64,000 nt of DNA from Bacilli bacterium (GCA_017477845.1 JAFUTR010000031.1:15738-79737), one strand, 5' to 3'; shown: positions 1 through 11,423, counted from the first letter of the stretch. Numbers and translations: made by a program. The notes: a model not told the origin generated them from the sequence alone.

Positions 1-789
1 TACTTGAGCATCTTGCCTACCTAATAAATAAATGTTTCCAACTAAATCTACGCCTTCATCTTCTAAAATTATAACATTATTTTTAATAAGTTCTTCTCTT
101 AATTCCTTATCACCATATTCACGATAATCAAAATATCCTTTATCATGATTTCCATAAATAAAATAAACTCCATATTTTGTCTTTAAAGCTCCAAGTCCCT
201 CACAACTTCTTATCATATCTTTAAGGCTTGTATCATCATCTACAAAGTCTCCTGTAACAACAACTATATCAGGATTAATCTCATTAATTTCAATCATGTA
301 ATAATAAAAGTCTTCTCCATCCATTGTCGCTCCTACATGACTATCAGTAACTTGTACAACTCTAAAATTATCAATACCCAAATCTTTATTAGTAGTTATA
401 TCATAATGAGTTAGAACAACATGATGAGCAAGATAATATCCCCAAGTTAAATATAAAACTGTAAATATAAAACAAGTAAGCATTGTTATTTCATGCCCAT
501 TTTTTAATTCTTTTTTCTTCTTTATAATACAAGCTATTTTATATATTAGTTCTCCAATTAATAACATAAAAAAGAAATGAAGCACTATTATATAGGCATT
601 TGTAGAGTTCCACAATAATAATAGAAGTGTTATATATAACGGAATAAAAGATATAATCCATGATAAAAATTTATTATTTATATCTTTTATTATTTTAATC
701 TTATGAAGTCTTGTCGCAAAAAACATATTAACAGGAAATATGACAATCAAGATTATCGAAATAACCATTAATGTCCATGCATTTAACAT
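1..789 (-). CDS. membrane-anchored metallophosphoesterase (calcineurin-like); 3' end lies outside the window
   Basis: Absent from the ORF track because it runs off the window edge. My translation from the ATG at 789..787 gives hydrophobic N-terminal segments, then VQVTDSHVG, VVVTGDFVDD and FIYGNHD (the DxH / GDxxD / GNHD phosphoesterase motifs). Confidence 0.75.
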   Translation of the reverse strand, partial: MLNAWTLMVISIILIVIFPVNMFFATRLHKIKIIKDINNKFLSWIISFIPLYITLLLLLWNSTNAYIIVLHFFFMLLIGELIYKIACIIKKKKELKNGHEITMLTCFIFTVLYLTWGYYLAHHVVLTHYDITTNKDLGIDNFRVVQVTDSHVGATMDGEDFYYYMIEINEINPDIVVVTGDFVDDDTSLKDMIRSCEGLGALKTKYGVYFIYGNHDKGYFDYREYGDKELREELIKNNVIILEDEGVDLVGNIYLLGRQDAQV

Positions 790-841
790 ATTATCACCTA
801 GTATAATTATAATTAATTAATCACTTAAATACAAGGTATAT

Positions 842-1519
842 TTAGTCTAGAATAGAACTAATACCTTTACTAATACGTAAATTTACATCTTGAAAATGAT
901 TACCTTTATTTTTTTCAAATACAGTTAAAATATTTAAATTAGAAAAATAATTATAAATATCCATTGTATTATCTAAAATAGTACTCATTATTACATTTTT
1001 TGTTAAATGTTCTCTATCACCTAAAGAAAAATATATTTTAGATATTTTATTAGGCTTAAAAGATAAAACATATTCTTTAAAGTTATTAAACCAAAAAGAA
1101 GATGATGCACACATAACTCTATCAAAAATATCTGTTTTATAAATGGAATAAAGTGCAAAAAGGCCTGCCAAAGAATATCCTGCAATTGCATAATATGATA
1201 TTTTAATATCTAAGATATCGATAACGTCTCTAACTGCAGGTATTACTCTATTTATAATTATATCAAGATAATTATCTGCTTTACCACCAAACGGCTTATC
1301 TTTTGGGAATATACTATCCATATACCAGCATGATAAATCATCATTCCAATTTATATTGGAAATATTAACAAGAATAAAATTCTTTTCATTACTGACTAAA
1401 TCATATATTTGACTTCCATCATCTTCAAAACTATTTAAAATAACTAAAGGAATTTCTTTATTATTATATTCAAAATAAACATCCACTATATAATTATCTA
1501 TTTTAAGTCTTTTTTTCAT
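842..1519 (-). CDS. alpha/beta-hydrolase fold esterase (putative esterase family)
   Basis: 225-aa ORF with the nucleophile elbow IAGYSLAGLFALY (GxSxG). It overlaps the stop of the upstream GH13 gene by 4 nt, which suggests an operon. Confidence 0.6.
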   Translation of the reverse strand: MKKRLKIDNYIVDVYFEYNNKEIPLVILNSFEDDGSQIYDLVSNEKNFILVNISNINWNDDLSCWYMDSIFPKDKPFGGKADNYLDIIINRVIPAVRDVIDILDIKISYYAIAGYSLAGLFALYSIYKTDIFDRVMCASSSFWFNNFKEYVLSFKPNKISKIYFSLGDREHLTKNVIMSTILDNTMDIYNYFSNLNILTVFEKNKGNHFQDVNLRISKGISSILD

Positions 1520-3381
1520 TTTCTAACCTTCTTAAGTACTACTCCACCATATGAATCCATTTCTTTTTGATTAGAATTATTTAATCTATATATTGGTTCA
1601 ATATTTTCATATTTTTTTGGTACAATTAGTTTTTCTTGATCGCTAGATCTATTAACTACTATTAAAGCAGCATCAACATCATTTTTTCTTTCAAACATAA
1701 ATAGTTTATCATTTATATCTATAATATTTAGCATAGCATCTTCAAGAAAAGTTTCTTTATTCCTAATCTTACCAATTTCTTTAAAATAATTTAATAAGTC
1801 ATAATCAATATTATCCCAAGTAAATGTTTTTCTATTATATAAATTTCCCATTCCAGTAAGTCCTATTTCATCACCATAAAAAATAGATAATATGCCTGGT
1901 AAAAAAGTAAGACTAAATAAATATGATTTATATATTTCTTTACCTTTCTTTAATTCAAGTGGAGATAAATTATAATTTTTCTGCCATGTTCTATCTTCCG
2001 TTATTGTATTCCACGCCCACTCACCATGTTTTTGAAATGAATCACTTCCAAAGATATTTAAAGCTCTTGATATATCATGCGTAGATGTAAAGTTCATTAA
2101 ACTTTCTATAGTTCCTTCTGGATACTCTCCTTGTATTTCATTTAATACTTCTCTTAATTTATTTACATCTTGATATTTATAGTATCTAATAAGTGCATCA
2201 ACAAGTAAGTAATTCATAACAGAATCCATTCCTTTGCCAGATGAGATATAACTTCTTCCCATTCTCATTGGATTCTTCCATACTTCACCTATTATAAATC
2301 CATCTTCTTTATTTCTTTTAACAGCAGTTCTAATTCCTTCAATAAATTCATCTGTTAATTCATCAGCAACATCAAGTCTTAATCCATCTATTCCAAGTCT
2401 AAACCATTTATCAATTACTCCATTTTCTCCATATATATAGTTTTGCCACTCTTTACTATATCCATCACATACAGGAAGATTTTTCATTCCCCACCAATAA
2501 TCAAATTCGACTTTACCATCATATTCTCTCTTCCTAAAAAAAGGATAATACTTAGAATCCTTACTTTGGTATGCACCTAGATTAGGAAAGCTTGAATATT
2601 CATTAAAATATTTACTATCATTGCCTGTATGATTGAAAACTGCATCTAGCACGACTTTTATTCCCATTTCATGTGCCTTATCACATAATTCTTTTAAATC
2701 ATTGTTATTACCTAAATAAGGATCAACTATTTCATAATCACTGGCATCATATCTATGATTTGATTGACTTGAAACAACTGGGCTTAAATAAAGAATAGAT
2801 ACTCCTAAATCTTTAATATATTTAAGTTTATTAATAACTCCTTTTAAATTACCACCATAAAAATCAGCATTCCAAATACCTTCTTTATTTGGCCCAATAG
2901 TCATTTCTTCATTCCAAGATTTGTGTATATCTCGTCTTGGAAGTTTTTCTAATTTAACTGTTTCATCTCTATTAAATCTATCCACAAATATATGATACAT
3001 TATTTTCCCTTTAGCCCAATTTGGAACATCAAAATTAACACTCAATTTCCATTTTTCAACATTAGAAACACTTTGATTACCTGTTTTATTTTCCTTTTTA
3101 AAATACATAAAATTTTTATTAGCTTCAAAAGAAAAATAATAATTATATATTGCACATGTGTTTAAAAAAACTTCTCCACTAAAATAAACAAATCCATCTT
3201 CATTTTTCTCATGTTTTAACTGATAAGCACTTCTAATACCATTAGCTTCAGTAATAAATTTCATTCTTTCTATCCACCCAAAAGATTCTGGTACCTTAAT
3301 TCTAACATTATATTTTACTTTATTATCATTTTTTTCAATTTCAAATATATTAAATTCAACTTTATCTAAACTACCCTGCAT
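1516..3381 (-). CDS. GH13 alpha-amylase family glycosidase (neopullulanase/cyclomaltodextrinase-like)
   Basis: 621-aa ORF with all four GH13 conserved regions: DAVFNHTG, GIDGLRLDVADE, IGEVW, FTSTHD. Confidence 0.85.
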   Translation of the reverse strand: MQGSLDKVEFNIFEIEKNDNKVKYNVRIKVPESFGWIERMKFITEANGIRSAYQLKHEKNEDGFVYFSGEVFLNTCAIYNYYFSFEANKNFMYFKKENKTGNQSVSNVEKWKLSVNFDVPNWAKGKIMYHIFVDRFNRDETVKLEKLPRRDIHKSWNEEMTIGPNKEGIWNADFYGGNLKGVINKLKYIKDLGVSILYLSPVVSSQSNHRYDASDYEIVDPYLGNNNDLKELCDKAHEMGIKVVLDAVFNHTGNDSKYFNEYSSFPNLGAYQSKDSKYYPFFRKREYDGKVEFDYWWGMKNLPVCDGYSKEWQNYIYGENGVIDKWFRLGIDGLRLDVADELTDEFIEGIRTAVKRNKEDGFIIGEVWKNPMRMGRSYISSGKGMDSVMNYLLVDALIRYYKYQDVNKLREVLNEIQGEYPEGTIESLMNFTSTHDISRALNIFGSDSFQKHGEWAWNTITEDRTWQKNYNLSPLELKKGKEIYKSYLFSLTFLPGILSIFYGDEIGLTGMGNLYNRKTFTWDNIDYDLLNYFKEIGKIRNKETFLEDAMLNIIDINDKLFMFERKNDVDAALIVVNRSSDQEKLIVPKKYENIEPIYRLNNSNQKEMDSYGGVVLKKVRK

Positions 3382-3409
3382 ATCTTACCTCTATTATTAA
3401 TAATTATAC

Positions 3410-3442
3410 CAAAAAAAATAGATAATATCATCTATTATCTAT
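3410..3442 (-). terminator. rho-independent terminator downstream of the SASP gene
   Basis: 9-bp stem ATAGATAAT (3418..3426) / ATTATCTAT (3434..3442). On the minus strand it is followed by a run of 8 T (plus-strand A run 3411..3418). Confidence 0.5.
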
Positions 3443-3470
3443 TTTATCTATAACATTTTATTATTTAAAT

Positions 3471-3677
3471 TTATTTATTTCTACCACGACTAACTAATCT
3501 TTTAGTCATTTCACCACCAACTTTTCCGTTTGCTTCACTTGAAGCTTTTCCTCCAAGAGTAACTCCGAATTCGTTAGCTATTTCATATTTCATATTATCT
3601 AAAGATGTATTTGTAGCATTATTTTTTGATCTTGTAGATTTTCTTGAAGAGTTTGTTTTATTAGAACTTTTTCTCAT
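3471..3677 (-). CDS. alpha/beta-type small acid-soluble spore protein (SASP)
   Basis: Contains [14 protein letters not shown] ... GGEMTKRLV, the hallmark SASP motifs. The track ORF (to 3764) is trimmed to the ATG at 3677, which follows GGAGGTGAAATA; the longer version overlaps thiI. Confidence 0.85.
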   Translation of the reverse strand: MRKSSNKTNSSRKSTRSKNNATNTSLDNMKYEIANEFGVTLGGKASSEANGKVGGEMTKRLVSRGRNK

Positions 3678-3732
3678 TATTTCACCTCCTACATTTTTAG
3701 GATGTGATTTTTTCTTTTTTTTATACTCTTCT

Positions 3733-4920
3733 TTAAAGCAAATCTTCAAATTCTTTTTTGTCATCTTCAGTAATAGTTATTGTTTTAATATTTTTAAGTG
3801 TCTTATCAATTAATTCTTGATAGTCAAATCTTTCTTCCATTTCAAGACATAAACTTAATTTTGGATTAATTACTGGATGTTTTGGTACAAATACTGTACA
3901 GCAATCTTCATAAGGCAAAATACTTATATTATATGTATCAATTTTTCTAGCTATTTCCATTATCTCAAGTTTATCAAGACATGCAACCGGTCTTACTACA
4001 GGATAATTAGTTACAGAATTAATCACCTTCATACTTGTCAGTGTTTGACTTGCCACTTGTCCAATTGACTCACCATTTACTATTGCAAGACACTTTCTTC
4101 TTTTAGCCATTCTTTCTGCAATTCTGTACATCATTCTTCTCATAATAGTAATTACATAATCTTGATCAGCTGTTTTATATATAGCTTCTTGTATTTCTGT
4201 AAACGGAACTATATGAAGTTTTATACTTGACGTATATATAGACAATTTTTTACATAATTCTATAACTTTATTTCTAGCATTAATACTTGTATGAGGTATA
4301 GCTTCAAAATAAATTGCTTCAATATGAACTCCACGTTTAATAGCAAGATATGCTGCAACTGGAGAATCAATTCCACCACTAAGCATTAACAATCCTTTTC
4401 CTAAAGTATTATTAGGATATCCTCCAAGTCCATAATAATAATTTGTATAAATATATGTAAAATCCTTTCTAATTTCTATATTTACTGTCAAATCCGGATT
4501 ATGTACATCAACATGAATATCATCAATATTTTTAAGTATTAATCCACCAACTTGTCTTGAAAAATCTAAACTTTTAAAAGGAAATTCTTTATAACTTCTT
4601 TTGGTTTCAACTTTAAAAGAATTAAATTTTTCTTCTTTAACAATTTCAATTACTTTAGATTTAATCTCTTCTTCATTTGTATTAACTTTGTATGCTACTA
4701 AATATTCATGAATTCCAAATACTTTATTAATTCTTTCTAATATTTTATCAAGATCATTTTCATCAAATTCAATATACATTCTTGATAAATCTTTATATAT
4801 TTTTACATCATAATTTTTAAGTTTATTCTCTATACTTTTATATAGTAATCCTACAAAGAAATTTCTATTTCCTTTTTTAGTTGTTAATTCACCATATTTT
4901 ATTAATATAACTCTATTCAT
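3733..4920 (-). CDS. thiI: tRNA 4-thiouridine synthase / sulfurtransferase ThiI
   Basis: 395 aa with an N-terminal ferredoxin-like/THUMP region ([12 protein letters not shown]) and the PP-loop [15 protein letters not shown]. Confidence 0.9.
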   Translation of the reverse strand: MNRVILIKYGELTTKKGNRNFFVGLLYKSIENKLKNYDVKIYKDLSRMYIEFDENDLDKILERINKVFGIHEYLVAYKVNTNEEEIKSKVIEIVKEEKFNSFKVETKRSYKEFPFKSLDFSRQVGGLILKNIDDIHVDVHNPDLTVNIEIRKDFTYIYTNYYYGLGGYPNNTLGKGLLMLSGGIDSPVAAYLAIKRGVHIEAIYFEAIPHTSINARNKVIELCKKLSIYTSSIKLHIVPFTEIQEAIYKTADQDYVITIMRRMMYRIAERMAKRRKCLAIVNGESIGQVASQTLTSMKVINSVTNYPVVRPVACLDKLEIMEIARKIDTYNISILPYEDCCTVFVPKHPVINPKLSLCLEMEERFDYQELIDKTLKNIKTITITEDDKKEFEDLL

Positions 4921-4928
4921 TTTATCAC

Positions 4929-5507
4929 CTACAAAACTTCAATAACAAATAGTTTTTCATCTTCATGTACTAATACTATCTTAACTTCATTTGGATATTC
5001 TAAATCCTTAATATATTTTATTTTAATAGTAACAAAATAGTAATTTCCCTCACTATTGAAATCTACTACTTCGACATCATTAACTTTTGGTAGCACCTGT
5101 TTTCTTTTCCCATTTAAGTTACTTTCTATACTTTTATATATAGTATCTTCTGCTTTTAAAATAAAATTGTCTTTTATATTTGGATGTATAAACATCACTC
5201 CACCAATATCAGTATTAGTTATTTTATCATCTAAAGAATAAAAGTCAATTACAAATAATTTAGAAATAGTTTTTGCATATTCTTCATAATTAACTTCTTT
5301 GCTATTTAATATATTTTTTAACGCCTTAAAGTTACCATTATATAAATCACTTTTATTATTATATAAAGTATAATCATAATCCATAATAGAATCTACAATA
5401 AATACCTCATCAATTTTTTCATTTTTGCTAAAAAAATTATAATAAAGGAGCACTAAGGCTCCTAGTATTAGTAAAATAATTATTATTTTAATACCCTTTT
5501 TGTTCAT
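4929..5507 (-). CDS. hypothetical membrane-anchored protein
   Basis: 192-aa ORF with one N-terminal TM segment (IIIILLILGALVLLYY). I recognise no motif. Confidence 0.45.
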   Translation of the reverse strand: MNKKGIKIIIILLILGALVLLYYNFFSKNEKIDEVFIVDSIMDYDYTLYNNKSDLYNGNFKALKNILNSKEVNYEEYAKTISKLFVIDFYSLDDKITNTDIGGVMFIHPNIKDNFILKAEDTIYKSIESNLNGKRKQVLPKVNDVEVVDFNSEGNYYFVTIKIKYIKDLEYPNEVKIVLVHEDEKLFVIEVL

Positions 5508-7668
5508 TATTACCCTCTACAAATTTACTTTCATCTACTGTTTCTATTTTTGAATTTCTAATTAAGTCATATACTAAAATATCATTTGAAATAGAAAGAA
5601 GTTTATCAGTATAATTTGAATTTGCTTCTATTGTTTCAGTTGGAACTATTGCATTTGATAAAATATATGATTCTTGTTTTTGGCTATTATAATACATATC
5701 TTTTGTTAACCAGTTTCCAGTAGGGAAAATAACGATATTATCATCTTTTACATTGAAAATATCATGTCCAAGGGCATATTTGTTATAAAAACCAAACATA
5801 TTCCCTAGTGTTGGCATAACATCATACATTCCCATTGTATAAGTATAAACTTTAGGATTATTTACAGTTTCCTTTGACCATATTATAAACGGAACTTTAC
5901 GATTTAATTCATAATCATATTCGTTAAAATCAACGTAAGATGGGTCTTCTGACTCAAGCACAGTATCAGTTTCAGGATCATAATTATATAGTCTTATGTA
6001 ATTATTTCTAGGAAGACGAGCATCATGATCACCATAAAATACAACTATAGTATTATCAAGTAATCCAGCATTTTCTAACTCTTCAAAAAACACTCCCAAT
6101 GCATAATCAGCATAATGAGCAGATTTGAAATAATTACCAAGTTTTGTTCCTTCCATATAAGGATGAGATATTACCTCTTCTTCCCCATCTTCATTTATTA
6201 TAGTTTCTTTTATATCAACATCAAATTCTCCATATTTATCTACATCAGAAAAAGGGGTATGATTAGATAACATTATAAATGTACCATAATACTTGTCATG
6301 TTCTTGTTTAATAACTTTTAATTTCTCTACTGATTGCCTAAAAAATGATTCATCTGATAATCCAAGTCCAATTACTTCATCGATTTCATATTGATCTTTA
6401 GCTATCAAATCATCATAGCCAAGGTTTTTATGCATAACGCGTCTATTCCAATATTCTCCATTATTTGCATGCATTGCAAAAGTATAATATCCTTTTTCTT
6501 TCAAAAGTTTTGGAATTGAAACATATTCTTTATCTGCATAATCACTAAAAGCAGTTCCAATACTAGCCGGCATCAAAGAAGTATTAAATGTAAATTCAGT
6601 ATCACTGCTTGTCCCAATACTAACCTGAGTATAAAAATTATTAAAGTACATTCCTTCACTAGCTAATTTATTAAGATTTGGAGTAACCTCTTGCCCATTA
6701 AATTCTAAACCAATCAAAAAGTTTTGAATTGATTCTCCATGAATAACTATTATATTTTTCCCTTCAAAAATACCAGTAAATTCATTTATAGTAGGCATCT
6801 GTTCACTTACATTACTATAAAAATCTTTAAATTCTTTCAAAGCTGAATCATATCCAAAAAGTGCAGCAAATTTAGGCTCTAAGCTTTTTACCAAATCATT
6901 AACATGATAAACATAAATTCCAAATTTTTTAACAATATACTCTCTATTCCATTGTTTTGTAAGTCTCGAAATATCAGTTCCTGTTAAAGTAGTGCTATAA
7001 ACAAGTGCAAAAAATAAACCAATTACGATAGATTTAATAAATGCTTTTCTACTTTTAAGTCTAAATCTTGATTTAATATATGACAAAGATTTCTTATATC
7101 TATGATGTAAAAAAATAAAAGCTAAAGGAAATAAAATATATATTAAATCTTTTGGTTGTAAAACATTTTCAACAACTGCATCTCCTACATCAGTTATGAA
7201 TCTTGCTGTAGACAATAATGAAATAGAAGAATATGAAGTATAAAAGGTATAATATGCAGAGTTTAAAACACACAAAAAAGTTAAAAAAGATGTTACAACA
7301 AACATATAAATAAATTTACCTTTTTCATTAAATAAATAGGCAAAAGAACCCACTAAAAACATAAATGCCGCATCAACTAAAATTGCATCAAAATCAAAAA
7401 TAGTATTGCTTCCTAATGTCAAATATCTTAAAATCAAATCATTTAATACATTGAAAAATATAAAAAAGATAAATAATCTATTAACAGATAAAGAAGATAA
7501 AAAAGCCTTCCACATCGACTTTAAAGAAGCTTTAGGGTCCTTTTTAAAATTAGAAACCTTTCTTTTAAATCTTTCTATCATACTAATACTTTTTTTCTCT
7601 TTTCTTTCTTTTTTTAAATACAATTTTGTAATTCTTTTACCTTTATTTTTTTCATTTTTTATACTCAT
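5488..7668 (-). CDS. LtaS-family (lipoteichoic acid synthase / phosphoglycerol transferase-like) sulfatase-domain membrane protein
   Basis: Multi-TM N-terminus followed by an extracellular sulfatase domain (NIIVIHGESIQNF ... IGTSSDTEF ... MLSNHTPF ... FYGDHD). Start moved to the ATG at 7668, which follows GAGGGA. Confidence 0.8.
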   Translation of the reverse strand: MSIKNEKNKGKRITKLYLKKERKEKKSISMIERFKRKVSNFKKDPKASLKSMWKAFLSSLSVNRLFIFFIFFNVLNDLILRYLTLGSNTIFDFDAILVDAAFMFLVGSFAYLFNEKGKFIYMFVVTSFLTFLCVLNSAYYTFYTSYSSISLLSTARFITDVGDAVVENVLQPKDLIYILFPLAFIFLHHRYKKSLSYIKSRFRLKSRKAFIKSIVIGLFFALVYSTTLTGTDISRLTKQWNREYIVKKFGIYVYHVNDLVKSLEPKFAALFGYDSALKEFKDFYSNVSEQMPTINEFTGIFEGKNIIVIHGESIQNFLIGLEFNGQEVTPNLNKLASEGMYFNNFYTQVSIGTSSDTEFTFNTSLMPASIGTAFSDYADKEYVSIPKLLKEKGYYTFAMHANNGEYWNRRVMHKNLGYDDLIAKDQYEIDEVIGLGLSDESFFRQSVEKLKVIKQEHDKYYGTFIMLSNHTPFSDVDKYGEFDVDIKETIINEDGEEEVISHPYMEGTKLGNYFKSAHYADYALGVFFEELENAGLLDNTIVVFYGDHDARLPRNNYIRLYNYDPETDTVLESEDPSYVDFNEYDYELNRKVPFIIWSKETVNNPKVYTYTMGMYDVMPTLGNMFGFYNKYALGHDIFNVKDDNIVIFPTGNWLTKDMYYNSQKQESYILSNAIVPTETIEANSNYTDKLLSISNDILVYDLIRNSKIETVDESKFVEGNNEQKGY

Positions 7669-7758
7669 AGGAATCCCTCGCGAGTTAATTATAACAAAAT
7701 AAGCAAGATAATTCAATTTTTTAAGAAAAAAAATACATTCAAATGCATTTTTTTATAA

Positions 7759-8592
7759 TTATATAGAATTATCTCTTTCTTCTAACATTTTACCACGAGC
7801 TGCATTCATACTCATTCCAAGAACAAATACATATGAAATTATATATAAGTACATCATTAGAAATAATAAACTTGAAATGCTTCCATAAAAAGTTTCATAA
7901 GTTGAAAAATACTCTATATAATATGAATACAACCATGTGATAATAACTAATAAAAATGATGAAAATAATGCTCCATAACTAGTTTTTCTTTTTAATTTAG
8001 TCCTATTAGGAGAAAACCAATACAATAACTTAACAAAAATGAAAACAAGTAAAAACGTTACTGGATACCTCAAAAATCTATAAAGTAAGAAATAAATATT
8101 AGAAGCCATATCAGTATGAGTAATCCTTCCTATAAAACCTAACACTTTTGTATTAATAACAGGAATTATTAATAATATTACAAAAAGTATAACTAAAACT
8201 ATTACAAGAACTATTGACTTCAACTTATTTTTAAAATAATTAGAATTCTTAATTCCATAAATTGAATTAGAAGTTATAATCATCGAATAAGTCCCATTTG
8301 AAGCAAGTATTAAAGATGCAAGTAACAATGAAAATATTCCAATTGAAGATGACCCCTCACCTGCTATTGAAATAATAAGGGTTGCTATATTATTTGGAAA
8401 ACTCTCTACTAAGGCATCATAAACGCTAGTCTTTCCAACATCAATATTAGAAATAACTATTCCTAATATTGTTAATAATGGAATAATCATCATCATAAAG
8501 AAAAAAGAGAGATTTCCAGGCAAAACCTCCATTTCTGGTCGTTTAATACTTATATAAAGATAATGTAAAAATCTTTTTATTTTTTCTTTCAT
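7759..8592 (-). CDS. YihY/BrkB-family integral membrane protein
   Basis: 277 aa, six predicted TM segments, N-terminal pattern typical of the YihY family (PGNLSFFFMMMIIPLLT). Confidence 0.65.
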   Translation of the reverse strand: MKEKIKRFLHYLYISIKRPEMEVLPGNLSFFFMMMIIPLLTILGIVISNIDVGKTSVYDALVESFPNNIATLIISIAGEGSSSIGIFSLLLASLILASNGTYSMIITSNSIYGIKNSNYFKNKLKSIVLVIVLVILFVILLIIPVINTKVLGFIGRITHTDMASNIYFLLYRFLRYPVTFLLVFIFVKLLYWFSPNRTKLKRKTSYGALFSSFLLVIITWLYSYYIEYFSTYETFYGSISSLLFLMMYLYIISYVFVLGMSMNAARGKMLEERDNSI

Positions 8593-8601
8593 AAGTCTTC
8601 C

Positions 8602-10653
8602 CTATCTATACTCTTCTTTATCTTTTCTCATTTCAATTGTAGCTTCGTTAATAGCATCATCAATAGTTTTAATCTCATCATTAATCATACTAAAACCTAT
8701 TGCTGCTCCAAATCCATATGGAAGAGATTTGAATTCTTTTGCAAGTTTCTTTGAATAAGTTGATATTTGTTGTTCACTATAACCAACTAAATATAACAAA
8801 AATTCATTTCCATCACTTCTTATTATTTCACTATTTTCTAACTGTGTATTAATTAAAATAGAAGCTGCTCCAATAATTAATTCATCCCCTTGCTCATGTC
8901 CATAATTATCATTAACATATTTAATATTATTTAAGTCAATTATTATTATTGATTGAGGATATTTTTGAGATTCATTCCATACTTTAATATTGTGATTCAA
9001 ATAGTTCCTATTTTTTAATGAAGTAAGCATATCAGTATACTTTCTTCTTTCTTCTTTCTTTATAGTCTTTACTTTTTTTGTCTTTTTAAACGCAAAATAT
9101 AGAACTAATAAAACAATAATTGGAATTAATACTATAGCAAGTAACATCATATATAATTCTTCAAATGTTGATTTTTCAAGCAAAGAAAGATTTAAACTAT
9201 TTATTCCACTATTTCTATAATTATAATAAGAATTTGTACCAATTATATAATTAAATACATCATAAAATACTTTATTAGTATCATCATTATTTACCATAAA
9301 CTTGTAATCATTTGTAATTGTTGATTCAAATAGTACTTCATAATCTTCAAATTTATTATTTCTATAATATTCATACAATTCTCTATCTACTACTATTAAA
9401 TTACCATCACTATTATTTAGTAATTCTTTAATGTTTCTACAAGGGGCAAGTTTTGCTTTACTATTATCTTTGAAATAATTGTAAATTGAATTATCTTCTA
9501 TTATTGAAACTTTCTTTCCTTTCATTGCTTCAAAACTATTAATTACATATTTATCGCTAGTTTTAGCAAGTACAACGTATTTTTCAATAAAAGGTGAAAT
9601 AGTTGAATTATATTTATTTGCTTCGTAATCAAAATAATTAAAATATATATCAACTTCACCTTTATCTATAGCTTTTTTTAAATCATCTAAATTATCATAT
9701 TCTTTAAAAGTAATAAAATCAGAATTAGTAAGTCTCATCATTCTATTTAAGTATTCAGCAGCTATACCACTAAATGTTGTTTTTTCTAAATTTTCATAAG
9801 GAAGATTTGAAACAAAACCATATGTATAATTCTTAGTTAAAAATTCTGTTTTATCTTTATCATTTACATTAGCTTTCGAAATATAATAGTTTAATAACGT
9901 CTTATTATATGTTTGAATATAATTTTTTTCTTTCCAGTTATTAAAATACTTTTCAATAATATTATTCATTTTATCATTATTTTCATTATCAGCTAAAGAA
10001 AGAACTATTTTTTTACTTAGTTCAGTAAATACATATTTGATATTATATTTATCATTTAAAAGTGTAGTATCTAAATACATGTTATTAGGTATTATAATTA
10101 AATCTACTTTTTTGTCTTCATAATCTTTAAATAAATCTTGCGATTTATCATATGTCTTATATTTTAAATTACTATATGACTTCAAGTAATAAATAATTTC
10201 ATCAGAATCACTAGTTAACACACCAATGGTTTTATCAGTAGCTTCTAACATAGAATCGTATTTTCCATTATCTTTTCCATATAATATATAAACATCTTCT
10301 TGAAGTAATAAATCGTTTTTATCAAGTTCATCTTCACTATTTAAAACTCTAAATCTATAACCAGTTGAATTAACTTCCCCTTCTCTTAAATACGGAATAA
10401 TATTAAATTCTAAACCAGTTGTTTCACTAAAATCATTTATAAAAGTCCTAAACACTCCACTTTCTCCAAATATAGGATAATCATTTGGAGCATTAAAATC
10501 TATTACAGTAGAAGAATTATCAGCTATCCATTTTTTCTCTGAAACTGTAAAAGAATTTTCATCTTCTCTATTATAGTAATAAAATAAACCTACAAATATT
10601 ACTACTGCAACTAAAATTGGAATAGTTATTAACCATTTTTTCTTTATCTTCAT
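8602..10653 (-). CDS. membrane protein with two extracytoplasmic solute-binding-like domains and a degenerate C-terminal GGDEF domain
   Basis: Signal anchor, about 500 aa extracytoplasmic, a second TM, then LTSLKNRNYL ... IIIDLNNIKYVNDNYGHEQGDELI ... RSDGNEFLLYL. DGNEF (8800..8814) replaces GG(D/E)EF. Confidence 0.75.
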   Translation of the reverse strand: MKIKKKWLITIPILVAVVIFVGLFYYYNREDENSFTVSEKKWIADNSSTVIDFNAPNDYPIFGESGVFRTFINDFSETTGLEFNIIPYLREGEVNSTGYRFRVLNSEDELDKNDLLLQEDVYILYGKDNGKYDSMLEATDKTIGVLTSDSDEIIYYLKSYSNLKYKTYDKSQDLFKDYEDKKVDLIIIPNNMYLDTTLLNDKYNIKYVFTELSKKIVLSLADNENNDKMNNIIEKYFNNWKEKNYIQTYNKTLLNYYISKANVNDKDKTEFLTKNYTYGFVSNLPYENLEKTTFSGIAAEYLNRMMRLTNSDFITFKEYDNLDDLKKAIDKGEVDIYFNYFDYEANKYNSTISPFIEKYVVLAKTSDKYVINSFEAMKGKKVSIIEDNSIYNYFKDNSKAKLAPCRNIKELLNNSDGNLIVVDRELYEYYRNNKFEDYEVLFESTITNDYKFMVNNDDTNKVFYDVFNYIIGTNSYYNYRNSGINSLNLSLLEKSTFEELYMMLLAIVLIPIIVLLVLYFAFKKTKKVKTIKKEERRKYTDMLTSLKNRNYLNHNIKVWNESQKYPQSIIIIDLNNIKYVNDNYGHEQGDELIIGAASILINTQLENSEIIRSDGNEFLLYLVGYSEQQISTYSKKLAKEFKSLPYGFGAAIGFSMINDEIKTIDDAINEATIEMRKDKEEYR

Positions 10654-10667
10654 ACGTTCACCAACTC

Positions 10668-11423
10668 TTATCTATTCTTAGTCCAAATAAAACTACTAGT
10701 ACCAGCCTTTTTATATCCTATAATTGGAAAATTAGGACTTGATAATGAAGAAATATCTGTAGTATTAGCATCAACATCTGATGCTTTTTTTACAACTTTA
10801 ATACTACAAGTTGATTCTCCTAATTTATCCTTAGTATATCCATAAATAACATACTCACCATCTTCTTCAATTCTAACATCTTTTTCTTTATTATAATTAA
10901 CTGTGCTATCTTTTGAAATACCATACTCTAAAACATTATCTGCTTTTGATAAATCATCATTAAACTTAACTGTAACTGATTCAGTAAATATACCATCTTC
11001 ATCAGTTTTTCCACTTGTTACTAATTCACAACTATAATACTTTGTCACATACACTTCGATATCAAAATATTTATTTTGTTCATCATTTAGCACTTGTGTA
11101 ATTTTATCAGTAAGTTTTTTTGAAGGATCTATTTCAGCTTTATCACCAACATACACGATTACTTTTAATATTTTTCCATTTAAATATGGTTTAGTAACAT
11201 TAACAACTATATCTTCTTTTAATAATTCATCTTTAATATCATTAAATTGCTTGTCACTAATCATTACATCTTCAATTCCATCAAGTCTATCACCATATAC
11301 AGGAAGCCCACTGCTTCCTATAAACATGTTATAAATAAAAAATGCAAAACAAATCATTACTATATATACTAAAATTATAAACACTGTTAATTTGTGTTTC
11401 TTAATATAATTCATATAATTCAC
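10668..11423 (-). CDS. hypothetical membrane-anchored protein
   Basis: 251-aa ORF with a single N-terminal TM. No recognisable motif. Confidence 0.45.
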   Translation of the reverse strand: MNYMNYIKKHKLTVFIILVYIVMICFAFFIYNMFIGSSGLPVYGDRLDGIEDVMISDKQFNDIKDELLKEDIVVNVTKPYLNGKILKVIVYVGDKAEIDPSKKLTDKITQVLNDEQNKYFDIEVYVTKYYSCELVTSGKTDEDGIFTESVTVKFNDDLSKADNVLEYGISKDSTVNYNKEKDVRIEEDGEYVIYGYTKDKLGESTCSIKVVKKASDVDANTTDISSLSSPNFPIIGYKKAGTSSFIWTKNR

